From Prasinococcaceae sp. CCMP 1430 (Eukaryota; Plantae; Prasinodermophyta), in contig RQSC01000056.1 of NCBI GenBank assembly GCA_013416795.1, positions 64,047 through 128,046 of the forward strand: 64,000 bases of DNA. Direction: 5' to 3'. The notes beneath the pieces were generated by a model that was not told where the DNA came from, did not search any database, and saw only the letters and a program-made list of their open reading frames with translations. Positions 40,984-49,706 of this stretch are shown piece after piece. The first letter of the stretch is position 1; each line of letters opens with the position of its first letter. A program made the translations under genes and the position numbers.

Positions 40984-43049
40984 ATGCGAGCGCGAGCGCG
41001 AGCGCGAGCTCGAGCGTGCGAGCGCCTCGCGGCCGCCCTCGCTTGCGTGCCCGCGGTCTCCGCGCGTGCCGAAGAGCGCCTGGCCGACGAGACAGCGCTG
41101 CGTGCTTTCGACGCGCCGCAGGCGCAGAACGCCAGCAGTGCAGACGGCGCTCGCCAGGCGCGCCCCGCTCGCGCGGTCGCCTTGGCTGCCGCCGGCGTTG
41201 CGGATTGGCACGAGGTTGTACTTGACGCCTGCGTGCAGGTGGCTCGCGCTCGGGAAGGGCGCTCGCGCGCCGGCGGCGTTGCCCCACCGCCACGCGGCGC
41301 CTCCAGCGACGCCGCGCACGAGCTCGCAACCTCGCAGCGCCTCGCACGCCTCCGCGGCGTGTTTGGGCCGCACGAGCAGCCGCGCCACGTGGAGCTCGTC
41401 GGCGAGCTCCGCGAGCGAGAGCGCGAGCTCACACGTCTTGACGCACTCGCCGCAAAGCACGCGCGCGCCACCGCCGGCCCTCCCGCCGTGCGGCAGCTCG
41501 ACGCACGCCGGCAGCGCGCCCAGCTCTGCCAGCGGCGCGCCGCGCCCACGCACGCCGCAGCACGCGCACGTGCCGCGCAACCCCCCGGCAGTCACCGCCT
41601 CGCCTCCACCGCCGCCGTGCTTGTATGCACGGCTGCGCGCCGCGCCCATGCGCTCGNNNNNNNNNNNNNNNNNNNNNNNNNNNNNNNNNNNNNNNNNNNN
41701 NNNNNNNNNNNNNNNNNNNNNNNNNNNNNNNNNNNNNNNNNNNNNNNNNNNNNNNNNNNNNNNNNNNNNNNNNNNNNNNNNNNNNNNNNNNNNNNNNNNN
41801 NNNNNNNNNNNNNNNNNNNNNNNNNNNNNNNNNNNNNNNNNNNNNNNNNNNNNNNNNNNNNNNNNNNNNNNNNNNNNNNNNNNNNNNNNNNNNNNNNNNN
41901 NNNNNNNNNNNNNNNNNNNNNNNNNNNNNNNNNNNNNNNNNNNNNNNNNNNNNNNNNNNNNNNNNNNNNNNNNNNNNNNNNNNNNNNNNNNNNNNNNNNN
42001 NNNNNNNNNNNNNNNNNNNNNNNNNNNNNNNNNNNNNNNNNNNNNNNNNNNNNNNNNNNNNNNNNNNNNNNNNNNNNNNNNNNNNNNNNNNNNNNNNNGC
42101 GTCCGCCGCGGGCGTCGCCGCGGCCGCCGCGACGCTCGCAGCGTCCGCGCCGGGCGACGAGGTGCGGATGCTCGCCGTGCGCGCCATGGCAGAGGCGAAG
42201 AAGGCCGGCGGGATTGCCGCCGAGGCGGTCGCGCACGCCGCAATGGTGGCGTCCGCGGCGGTGCACCTACACGCGCAACGCGCATCCGAGCCGGCCGCCG
42301 CGACGCTCACGCCAGTGGGCCTCTCGCGGCGCGTGCGCGACGTGCGCGCCAGGGTGGACGCCATCAAGGCGCAGGACGCAGGCGCAACGGTTGGTGACAG
42401 GCGATGGACGGAGTGGCGGCAGCGAGAGCGCCGCGGCAGCGACGACGACGGCCTCGCCGCGGGCGCGGCGGGTGACGCAGCCTTCTCTCCGCAACACCGA
42501 CGGCCACGCCTCTCCTACGAGGCACCCGCACCCGCACGCACTCGCACCGAAACACTCACACAAACGCACACGCGACACACTCGCGACGAGCCAGCACATG
42601 GACATGCACGCACAGAGCCGCACGCACGAGCGCTCGCACTGGGCTCGACCGTCGACGCGCCTGACGCGGCTGCTGCGATGTGGGCGGCACCATCGCCCGT
42701 GCACGCGCGCGTGCAGCTGCACGCCGCGGCGACGGACCCGAGCGCGCTGACGGCGGCATCCACGCCCTCGCCCCTTCGAACGGCGCACGAGGTGCTGCAC
42801 TTGCCGTCCCCGCAGTCGCTGAGGGGCCTCGCGCGCAGCGGCGGCTCGCCAGGCATGTCCGGCAGCCCGGCGTCGGGCGGTGCGCGGTTCTCTCGCCCGC
42901 GTGCCCGCGCGCGCACGCCGCGACCGCCGCGGCCGGAGGACGGCGCGCAGCCGACCCCGCCGCGCCCGCTGGGCGCAGCGCCCACGCTGGCGGAGCTCGC
43001 CACGCTCTGGACTCCCGGCGCCGCCAGCGCCTCGCCGCTGAGGCTGTAG
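40984..43049 (+). CDS. Hypothetical Ala-rich/coiled-coil protein spanning the assembly gap
   Basis: Coding-like ORF from ATG 40984 (…ELVGELRERERELTRLDAL…) and a coding-like ORF after the gap (…VRDVRARVDAIKAQD…) ending at TAG 43047-43049. Joining the two parts is an inference. Confidence 0.45.
41657..42098. other. Assembly gap (N run)
   Basis: Run of N. Confidence 1.
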
Positions 43050-43502
43050 CCCAGACGCCCCGCCGAGCTCGCCGAGCTCGCCGAGCTCGCGACATGGCAT
43101 AAACCCTATACACGAATATACCTTAAATATATACAAAACCTTAACCCCACTCCCACCATCGAAGCGAAGGGTCGCCGTATGTTGGGCAGCAGGTGCCGTT
43201 GCGGGCGGTGTTGGTGGGAGTGCCACAGCTCGCTCGCAGCGCGCTGTGGCGCGCCCGTCGGGCGCCCCTCGGCCCCTCGCGCCCGCGGGCCCGCGCCCAT
43301 CCCGAACGACTCGAGCCCTCGGCGGCGGCGCCGGCGCTGGTGCTGGGGCCGAGAGCGCAGCGCTCACGCGTGCGGGCAGGCCTCCGCCGCGCTCATCCCG
43401 TTCGGACCCCCGTCCCTGGTCCTTGCGCTGCGCCTGCGACGCGAGCGCATTTCAAAGACCCACGAGACCCGCCTCCACGCCTCTACGACGCCGCTCGCCA
43501 CG

Positions 43503-44027
43503 ATGGCAGCGCGCAGCGAACCGGCGGCCAATCCTCTCGTCGACGAGTTCCAGCGCCTCGGCGCACGCTTGCGCGACGAGAAAGCCGGCTGGGAGGTGCG
43601 CTTTGAGACTCCTCCTGGGGCGTACCTGCACCTGAGCAAGCCCGCGTGGGGCGACCAGCACATGGACGGCGTTCACTTCGAGGCGTACGTGATGGAGAGG
43701 GGGGAGCTCAGCGAGGCGGTGGTCGCCCTGCACTGCGAACGGGGGTGTCCGGGGGGAGACAGGAAGGCACTTATGATGGCGCTCGCGGAGCGAATACGGG
43801 CCGAGGTCGAGACGTGGGCCCGCCCAGACGGGGCAAACGTCGCGTGGGGGCCGGTCTTGCCTCGTGGGGTGGAGGACTGCACCGTCCTGGAATCGCGCGT
43901 CGCATTTCCCGCATGCGCCGGCAGTGATGCGGCCACCATCTTGGAGTACCTCGAGTCTGGGCTCGCGCGGCTGAAGCAAGAGCTGGCGCCGCACGTCGAC
44001 GCGGCGATCGAATCCGTGAAGCGCTGA
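43503..44027 (+). CDS. Hypothetical ~174-aa globular protein
   Basis: ATG 43503, GC3-rich codon usage and complex sequence (YLHLSKPAWGDQHMDGVHFEAYV...VVALHCERG). Family not recognised. Confidence 0.7.
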   Translation: MAARSEPAANPLVDEFQRLGARLRDEKAGWEVRFETPPGAYLHLSKPAWGDQHMDGVHFEAYVMERGELSEAVVALHCERGCPGGDRKALMMALAERIRAEVETWARPDGANVAWGPVLPRGVEDCTVLESRVAFPACAGSDAATILEYLESGLARLKQELAPHVDAAIESVKR

Positions 44028-44228
44028 AGGCGCATGCCAGTGCGCTGCGCAATCCTATGTCACCGGGGCGGGGCGAGCCCGTGCATGTGGCGCGACCTCG
44101 TCGCCGCGCGTCGGCGGCGGCCCTGCGACGGCGGGTGTGCTAAACAATGGGAATACCGCTCCTTACTTGTACGCTGTGCGCCAGTCTCGCTGTCGGCGCG
44201 AGGGCGCGATGGGCCTGAGTTGAGAGCC

Positions 44229-44792
44229 TCAGGCCGCCTCCGCCGTGCTTGAGGTTGCCGCTACGCCGGCGACGGCAACGGCGGCGAGGGCGGCCAACTT
44301 GGCGACGAACATGCGGCGCTTCATGCGCGCCTTGGCCTCGTAGCCCGCTCCCTCCTTCATCGTGGCGGCCACCACGCCGTAGACGGCGCTCCAAGCCTCG
44401 AGGTAGCTGGGACCCCACTCCTTTCCGAGGCCCTGCTCGAGCGTCCACAGCAGCGCAGCGCCGATGAGGTCGTAGTGCTCGGCGATCACGCCGTACTTGA
44501 CGTGCGCCTCGCCGAGCTGCTTGAGCACCGGGACGAGGCTTTCGAGGTCGTCGAGGCCTGCGACGGCCACGCCGACGGTCTTGATGACCTTGGTTGCGTG
44601 CGCGCGGAACTTGACGCTCGAGGCCCGGTCCTCGCCGTTGAAGGGGAACATGCCCTCCGCGGCGGGGGTGACCTCGAAGATGCGGTCGAAGAAGAGCTTG
44701 CCCACGGCGAAGTACTGGTCGTCGGTGGAGCCCTTCGGGAAGATCCGCCCCCAGCTGCTCTGCACGAGCGTCTTCTGCATCGCGGTCACCAT
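44229..44792 (-). CDS. Single-domain 3/3 globin with C-terminal hydrophobic tail
   Basis: LVQSSW (A helix), FFDRIFEVTPAAEGMFPF (B-CD1 Phe), FRAHATKVIKTV (distal E7 His), LKQLGEAHVKYGV (proximal F8 His), HYDLIGAALLWTL, EAWSAVYGVVAATM. Confidence 0.92.
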   Translation of the reverse strand: MVTAMQKTLVQSSWGRIFPKGSTDDQYFAVGKLFFDRIFEVTPAAEGMFPFNGEDRASSVKFRAHATKVIKTVGVAVAGLDDLESLVPVLKQLGEAHVKYGVIAEHYDLIGAALLWTLEQGLGKEWGPSYLEAWSAVYGVVAATMKEGAGYEAKARMKRRMFVAKLAALAAVAVAGVAATSSTAEAA

Positions 44793-44900
44793 CTTGTCGG
44801 CCTGCGTGCTGCTTTGGTTGCCTTTTCGGTCGTCGTCGTTGCGGAGGTCAAGGGTGGCGGCCGGGAAGGCGGGGTTGCGCAGCAGCGACGCGTCAGAACG

Positions 44901-44956
44901 CAACCGCGCAACCGCGCAACCGCGCACCCGCGCACCCGCGCAACCGCGCATCCGCG
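44901..44956 (+). repeat. 7 x 8-bp tandem repeat (CAACCGCG variants) upstream of the globin
   Basis: caaccgcg x3, cacccgcg x2, caaccgcg, catccgcg. Confidence 0.95.
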
Positions 44957-45463
44957 ATGAAGGTGCGATGCCCCAGTGGCTGAAGATCAGGACCCCCCCT
45001 CCCGCGCGAGGCGTGCCCGCCAGCCAGCAGCGAGGCCACGCGCCCGGTCGGGGCGGCAGCCCTCAACAGCCCTTGACGCTCAAATGAACCCTTCCAAAAT
45101 AACCCAAACCCACGAACACCCAACCGCAACAACACGCCCGGCGAACACGGGCCGCAGCGCGGCACCGCCCATCACGGGCTCGCAGCGCCCCGCGCGCGGG
45201 CGGACGCGTGGGCGGGCACTCTGCGTGCATGGATAGTTGGTCGCTACACCTGTGATACCTGCAAATGCCACTCGTGAGCGCGGGCCTCGCCCAGCCCCGC
45301 GACGCATCACTCGGCGCGCTTGCGGCGGGATGGTTGGCCTCCTGGGGCGCTCGCGCCCCACAGTCGTCCGGCAGGGCACGCGCGCCTCGCACCCCCCCAC
45401 ACCCTACCCCCCGCGCGCGCTCCGAGCGTGCAGTTTTCCCCCGCCCAGCGCGGAACCTAATAC

Positions 45464-46010
45464 CTAGCGGCGCCTCCACTTCTGCAGGTCTCCGCTGCTC
45501 AGATCGACGAGCTCTGTGCCGCTCTGGAAGCGTACCACGGCCGCCTCGGCGCCAAAGCCGTGCGCCTCCTCGTACATGAGCTGCACGCCGCCAGCGGTGG
45601 GACCCACCACGACGCAGCCCCACCATACCGAGCGGGTGGTGTCCTCGTCGTCGTCTGCGCGTCAGACGCGCAGGTCGGGAGGCGGCCAGGCGGTGGAGGC
45701 ATGCCGCAGGGACATTCCCGGGAACGGCCGGCCGCGCGACGCGTCAGCGACGGCAGCGCAGCGGCGCGCGACACCCTTCGGCGACGGCAGTGCATATCGC
45801 GCTGAGAGGGTTGGGTGGGGGGTGGGGGTGCGCGCGGCACCCGCAGGCCGGCGCGGCACGCACCGTTGAGCTCCCAGTGGACCTCGATGCGCTCTCCAGG
45901 CGTGGGGAGCATCGGCACTCCGCCAGCGCCCGCCGCGCCCGGGCCGTTGCCGTCGTCTGCCAGCTTGGCTGCTTTGCGAGCCCCGCCATCAGCTTTGCCG
46001 CTCGCCTGCG
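45464..46010 (-). CDS. Small protein with Tudor/SH3-like beta-barrel (exons ...45864 and 45654-45464; 5' end unresolved)
   Basis: PTPGERIEVHWELN|DDDEDTTRSVWWGCVVVG...QLMYEEAHGF...VVRF. Intron 45863-45655 (GTGCGT...CTGAC...CGCAG) keeps the frame. No start codon was located. Confidence 0.55.
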
Positions 46011-46724
46011 CGAGGGCGTCCGCGGGGAAAGTGACAGGGGAGCGACGGGGAGAGCGGTTGCGCACCGTTGGAGTCAGGAGGTGCGGTCAGCGGCACGAGG
46101 GCAGCGCGCGTGCAGCGCGCGCAACCCGCCACGGCCGCGGCGAGGGCGCTCGTGCGCGCATGGGCAGGCTCGCGGCCGCGCGCTCCCGCGCGCCTCCTCG
46201 CCCCGCCCGCGCATCCGCGTCGGCGCCCGGCCGATCGCGCCATCCCCGGCCCCCCTCCCGGCGCGCCCCGCCGCGCGCGCGCGCCCCATCGATCGGCGGC
46301 GCACCGAAACTCGCAATCGGTTGGCACCGCCATCACTTCGAATGCGAACGGCCCACTTCGGCGAAAGGGGCATGCGGAACGCTGTACCGATTCGCTCGTT
46401 TGGGGTTTGCACTGCGTGTTCCGCGGAAGGCCGTAATTTCGAGAGAAAGATGTCGATTGGGAAAGGACAATTGACATTGACATTTACGGTAGAATCTCCG
46501 TCGTTGCGTGGTCGATTCGCGCGGGACTGTGCGCGCGGGCGCGCGGGCGCGCGCTGCGTTCAGCGAGCAAATCTCCCACGGAAAACGATCGATTTCGCGG
46601 AAATTTGAACGAAATGCGCGCCATCGAAGGGGAAAGAGGGTAAAAAAAACGGCCGACGCGCGGCGTCGACCGAAAAGCGGCGGCGGCCCGCGCGGCGCGC
46701 GCGATTTTTTCCGGACGTCCGTTA

Positions 46725-46874
46725 CGCGTCAAAAATGTTCGCGTGCGTTTTGACGTGCGCGCGTGCGTTTTCCCATCGAAGCGCGTCAAAAAAGGTTCAC
46801 GTGCGTTTTGACGTGCGCGCGTGCGTTGTGCCATCGAAGCGCGTCAAAAAGTTTCGCGTGCGTTTTGACGTGCG
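46725..46874 (+). repeat. ~2.6 x 57-58-bp tandem repeat, each unit with an internal inverted repeat CGTCAAAA...TTTTGACG
   Basis: Units start at 46725, 46782 and 46840: cgcgtcaaaaa(n)gttcgcgtgcgttttgacgtgcgcgcgtgcgtt(n)ccatcgaag. Confidence 0.95.
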
Positions 46875-47657
46875 TAAGCGCACAACGCACGCAAAGGCGC
46901 ACAGTCAATAGTCGCACATGGATTGCAGACCCTCTTTCCTGGAACGAACCGTAAAGGGGGCGAAGGAGAGCAGCGCGCGCCTCGAGGCGCGCGCGCGGGC
47001 GCGGTCCCAGGGGGCGCCACTGGGTCCCACGGCCTTTTGTGAAGGGGCCCCGGGGACAGCCACGGGCGCCCCGAGTCCCTCCGGGGGGCACACCCGAGTC
47101 GTCGACCTCGGAGGCCTCGCGCGGCGCGCTCACGCACGCACTCACGGCTCTCATCATCACCTCATCAGTCAGGGGCATGCCGGCATTCTGAATTTCAGAA
47201 CCAATGAACCCTAACCTCTGAACCCCAAACAACTTCTGATCCCGCATTCAAAATGATACGTAGCTGGTTCGTCCATTTTCTACCCCAACCATGTCTGACC
47301 CTGCTACGGTACGCAGAGTATCATTTTGAATCCATACCGTACCCGTATAAACCCTACAGTAATCCGAGAGACATGGGTTGGGGTAATGGGTTGGCGAGGG
47401 CCGCGCCTCGTCCCCCACCCGCGTTCCGGACCGGGTCTTCCCCCTCGCTGAACCGGGTTCGATTTCGTGCGATCCCCGCAGAGACGCGGCGGTCGGCGCG
47501 GATGAGGATGGTCTGACCCGGTTCATCCGGGGTTCGACCCCGGGTTGTCTCGCGCGCTCGCGGCCTGGCGTTTGCGATCGCGCGCGCGCGTGGCGCGACG
47601 CCGCGCCGCGTATCGATATCGGCGCCGCTGCTGCTGCCGCACGCGCGCCCGGCCCCC

Positions 47658-47902
47658 NNNNNNNNNNNNNNNNNNNNNNNNNNNNNNNNNNNNNNNNNNN
47701 NNNNNNNNNNNNNNNNNNNNNNNNNNNNNNNNNNNNNNNNNNNNNNNNNNNNNNNNNNNNNNNNNNNNNNNNNNNNNNNNNNNNNNNNNNNNNNNNNNNN
47801 NNNNNNNNNNNNNNNNNNNNNNNNNNNNNNNNNNNNNNNNNNNNNNNNNNNNNNNNNNNNNNNNNNNNNNNNNNNNNNNNNNNNNNNNNNNNNNNNNNNN
47901 NN
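47658..47902. other. Assembly gap (N run), probably hiding the first exon of the ELIP-like gene
   Basis: Run of N followed by an intron-like 3' end (GCTGAC twice, then GCACAG at 47983). Confidence 0.9.
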
Positions 47903-47983
47903 CGTGCGGCCTGCGCGCGCGACCGTGCGCGCCGCGCTGACGCGCGCTGACACGCGACCACGCACCTGCGCGCGCACGCACAG

Positions 47984-49375
47984 CTGACGAACGCCGAGCT
48001 CGCCGAGGTGGTCAATGGCCGTCTGGGCATGGTAGGCTTCCTGTTCTGCCTCGTGGTGGAACTCGCCTCGCCCAACAACATCGGGGCGCAGCTGCAGGTG
48101 AACGCGCTGTACGTGCTGCTGGAGACCACGGCGCTCGCCACGGCCTCGTACGTGCTGCCCGAGGTCCTGCTCGGCGGCACGCTGCGCGAGAGCCTCACCG
48201 CGGCGGGCAAGAAGGCCGTCAACCCCGAGGAGGACGCGCGCGTGGCGCTGCGCTTCCCTGGCGAGTACCGCGCGCTCTTCGATGTTGAGCGCCTCAACGG
48301 ACGCGCGGCGATGGTGGGCTTTACGGCCGCGGTGCTCGCCGAGACGCTGCGCGGCGGCGACGTCGAGTACCTGCGCCTGCTGTCCGCCGGCGGCTACGAG
48401 GACCTGCTCGGGTTCAAGGACGCGCTGCTGGCGAACCACGCCAGCTTCGTGGAGGACGCCTACCTGTTCTTGCTCACCGGCACCACCTTCTTCGCCATGG
48501 GGCAGCTGGTGGGCGTGCAGCGCAAGAGCCGCTCGCTGGGCGCCAGCGTGCACACGTGGACGGGCGCGCTGCAGTTCGTGGCTTGCCTGTACCCCGTCTA
48601 CCTCGAGCGCGTGGAGCGCGCGGTGCCCGGGTGGGAGTGGCAGTGGGTGGCGCTCGCGCTGGCGATGGCCAACTGCCTGACGGTGGGGCCGCTCATGAAG
48701 TACTACAAGGGGCCCAAGGTGTACGGCGTGCTCTTCCAGCTCGGCTACGACTTCGTGATCTCCTTCCAGGGCATCCAGCTGATCGCGTGGTCCAACCTGC
48801 CGGACTCGCCGGATTGGATGTACTGGGCGGTGATGCCCTTCTGGTACTGGAGCGTGCAGAAGCTGCTCACGAGCGCGAAGTACATCGCGGCGCTCGCGCC
48901 GCCGGCGAAGGTGCCGGCGGCGCTGGGGGGGTTCGCGGAGCGCTCGCGCGCGCAGCTGGTGGGCATCAAACCCGACGCGCCCACGCTGGCGTACACGGGG
49001 CTCAACACCGCCGCCGCGCTCTTCGACAACGCGTGGATGGCGCTGTTCACGCTCAAGGGGGCGGAGGGCTTCTGGGCGTTCTCCAACGAGTTCGCGCCCA
49101 ACGACGCCGAGCTCTCCCTCATAAAACCCGCGGTCGGCAGCCTGACCGTCACCGTGGTGGTCTTCCTCGGCACGCTCGCCGCGCGCCGAAAGATCCCCGA
49201 AAACCTCGCGGGCGGCCTCAACGTCGTGCTCGGCTCGGTCGGGCCGTGGCTCATCCTGTTCTGGCACAAGCTGGTGGCGCCGGAGGAGGCGTGGTTCCCG
49301 CAGTTCCAGAACTACGGCTGGGACAGCTGCAGCGCCGTGCTCGCGCGCCTCTCGGACCACTGCACCACCTACTAG
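47984..49375 (+). CDS. ELIP/LHC-like protein (two chlorophyll-binding motifs) fused to an unknown multi-pass membrane domain; 5' exon missing
   Basis: ELAEVVNGRLGMVGF and DVERLNGRAAMVGF are LHC motifs (ExxNGRxAM), separated by a middle helix. The ORF continues without a stop for ~320 more hydrophobic, W/Y-rich residues. Confidence 0.8.
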   Translation: MTNAELAEVVNGRLGMVGFLFCLVVELASPNNIGAQLQVNALYVLLETTALATASYVLPEVLLGGTLRESLTAAGKKAVNPEEDARVALRFPGEYRALFDVERLNGRAAMVGFTAAVLAETLRGGDVEYLRLLSAGGYEDLLGFKDALLANHASFVEDAYLFLLTGTTFFAMGQLVGVQRKSRSLGASVHTWTGALQFVACLYPVYLERVERAVPGWEWQWVALALAMANCLTVGPLMKYYKGPKVYGVLFQLGYDFVISFQGIQLIAWSNLPDSPDWMYWAVMPFWYWSVQKLLTSAKYIAALAPPAKVPAALGGFAERSRAQLVGIKPDAPTLAYTGLNTAAALFDNAWMALFTLKGAEGFWAFSNEFAPNDAELSLIKPAVGSLTVTVVVFLGTLAARRKIPENLAGGLNVVLGSVGPWLILFWHKLVAPEEAWFPQFQNYGWDSCSAVLARLSDHCTTY

Positions 49376-49706
49376 AGGGGTCTCGGCACGGTGATAATAG
49401 ATGGCTCGCGGGAGAGGGCGGGGTCGGGTTGTGAATGGACGCTACGAGGGCGCCAGCGCCTGCACAGCAGCAGTGCGCCAGCCAGCCAGGGTTAATAATA
49501 GGCACGTGGAGGTATTAAAAAAAAAATAGAGATGCGACACGCGGCCGACGGAGCTTGCGCGACGGAGGCAGCGCGCGGAGCCAAGGGCGGCGCTAATGAG
49601 CGCCGGCAGCATCTCATCGCGCCGGCTGGGTTCCCGGATGCGCGAGCGCCGCCTCCTCCTCCACCGACAGGGGCGCCTGTGCGCGCGCGCGCGGCACGCG
49701 CCGAGG

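Noticed and set aside
46725-46874. Palindromic repeats with short spacers, superficially CRISPR-like
   Set aside because: The host is a eukaryote, the inter-repeat sequence is itself repeated rather than unique, there are under three units, and no cas genes are present.
47206-47230. True interstitial telomere or chromosome-fusion scar
   Set aside because: Only 2-3 degenerate units are present, too short to call. It is kept only as a motif observation.
47527-47546. GGTTCGA hairpin resembling a tRNA T-arm or Pol III B-box
   Set aside because: The stem does not pair in the 5-bp/7-nt T-arm register, and no acceptor, D or anticodon arms can be folded around it.
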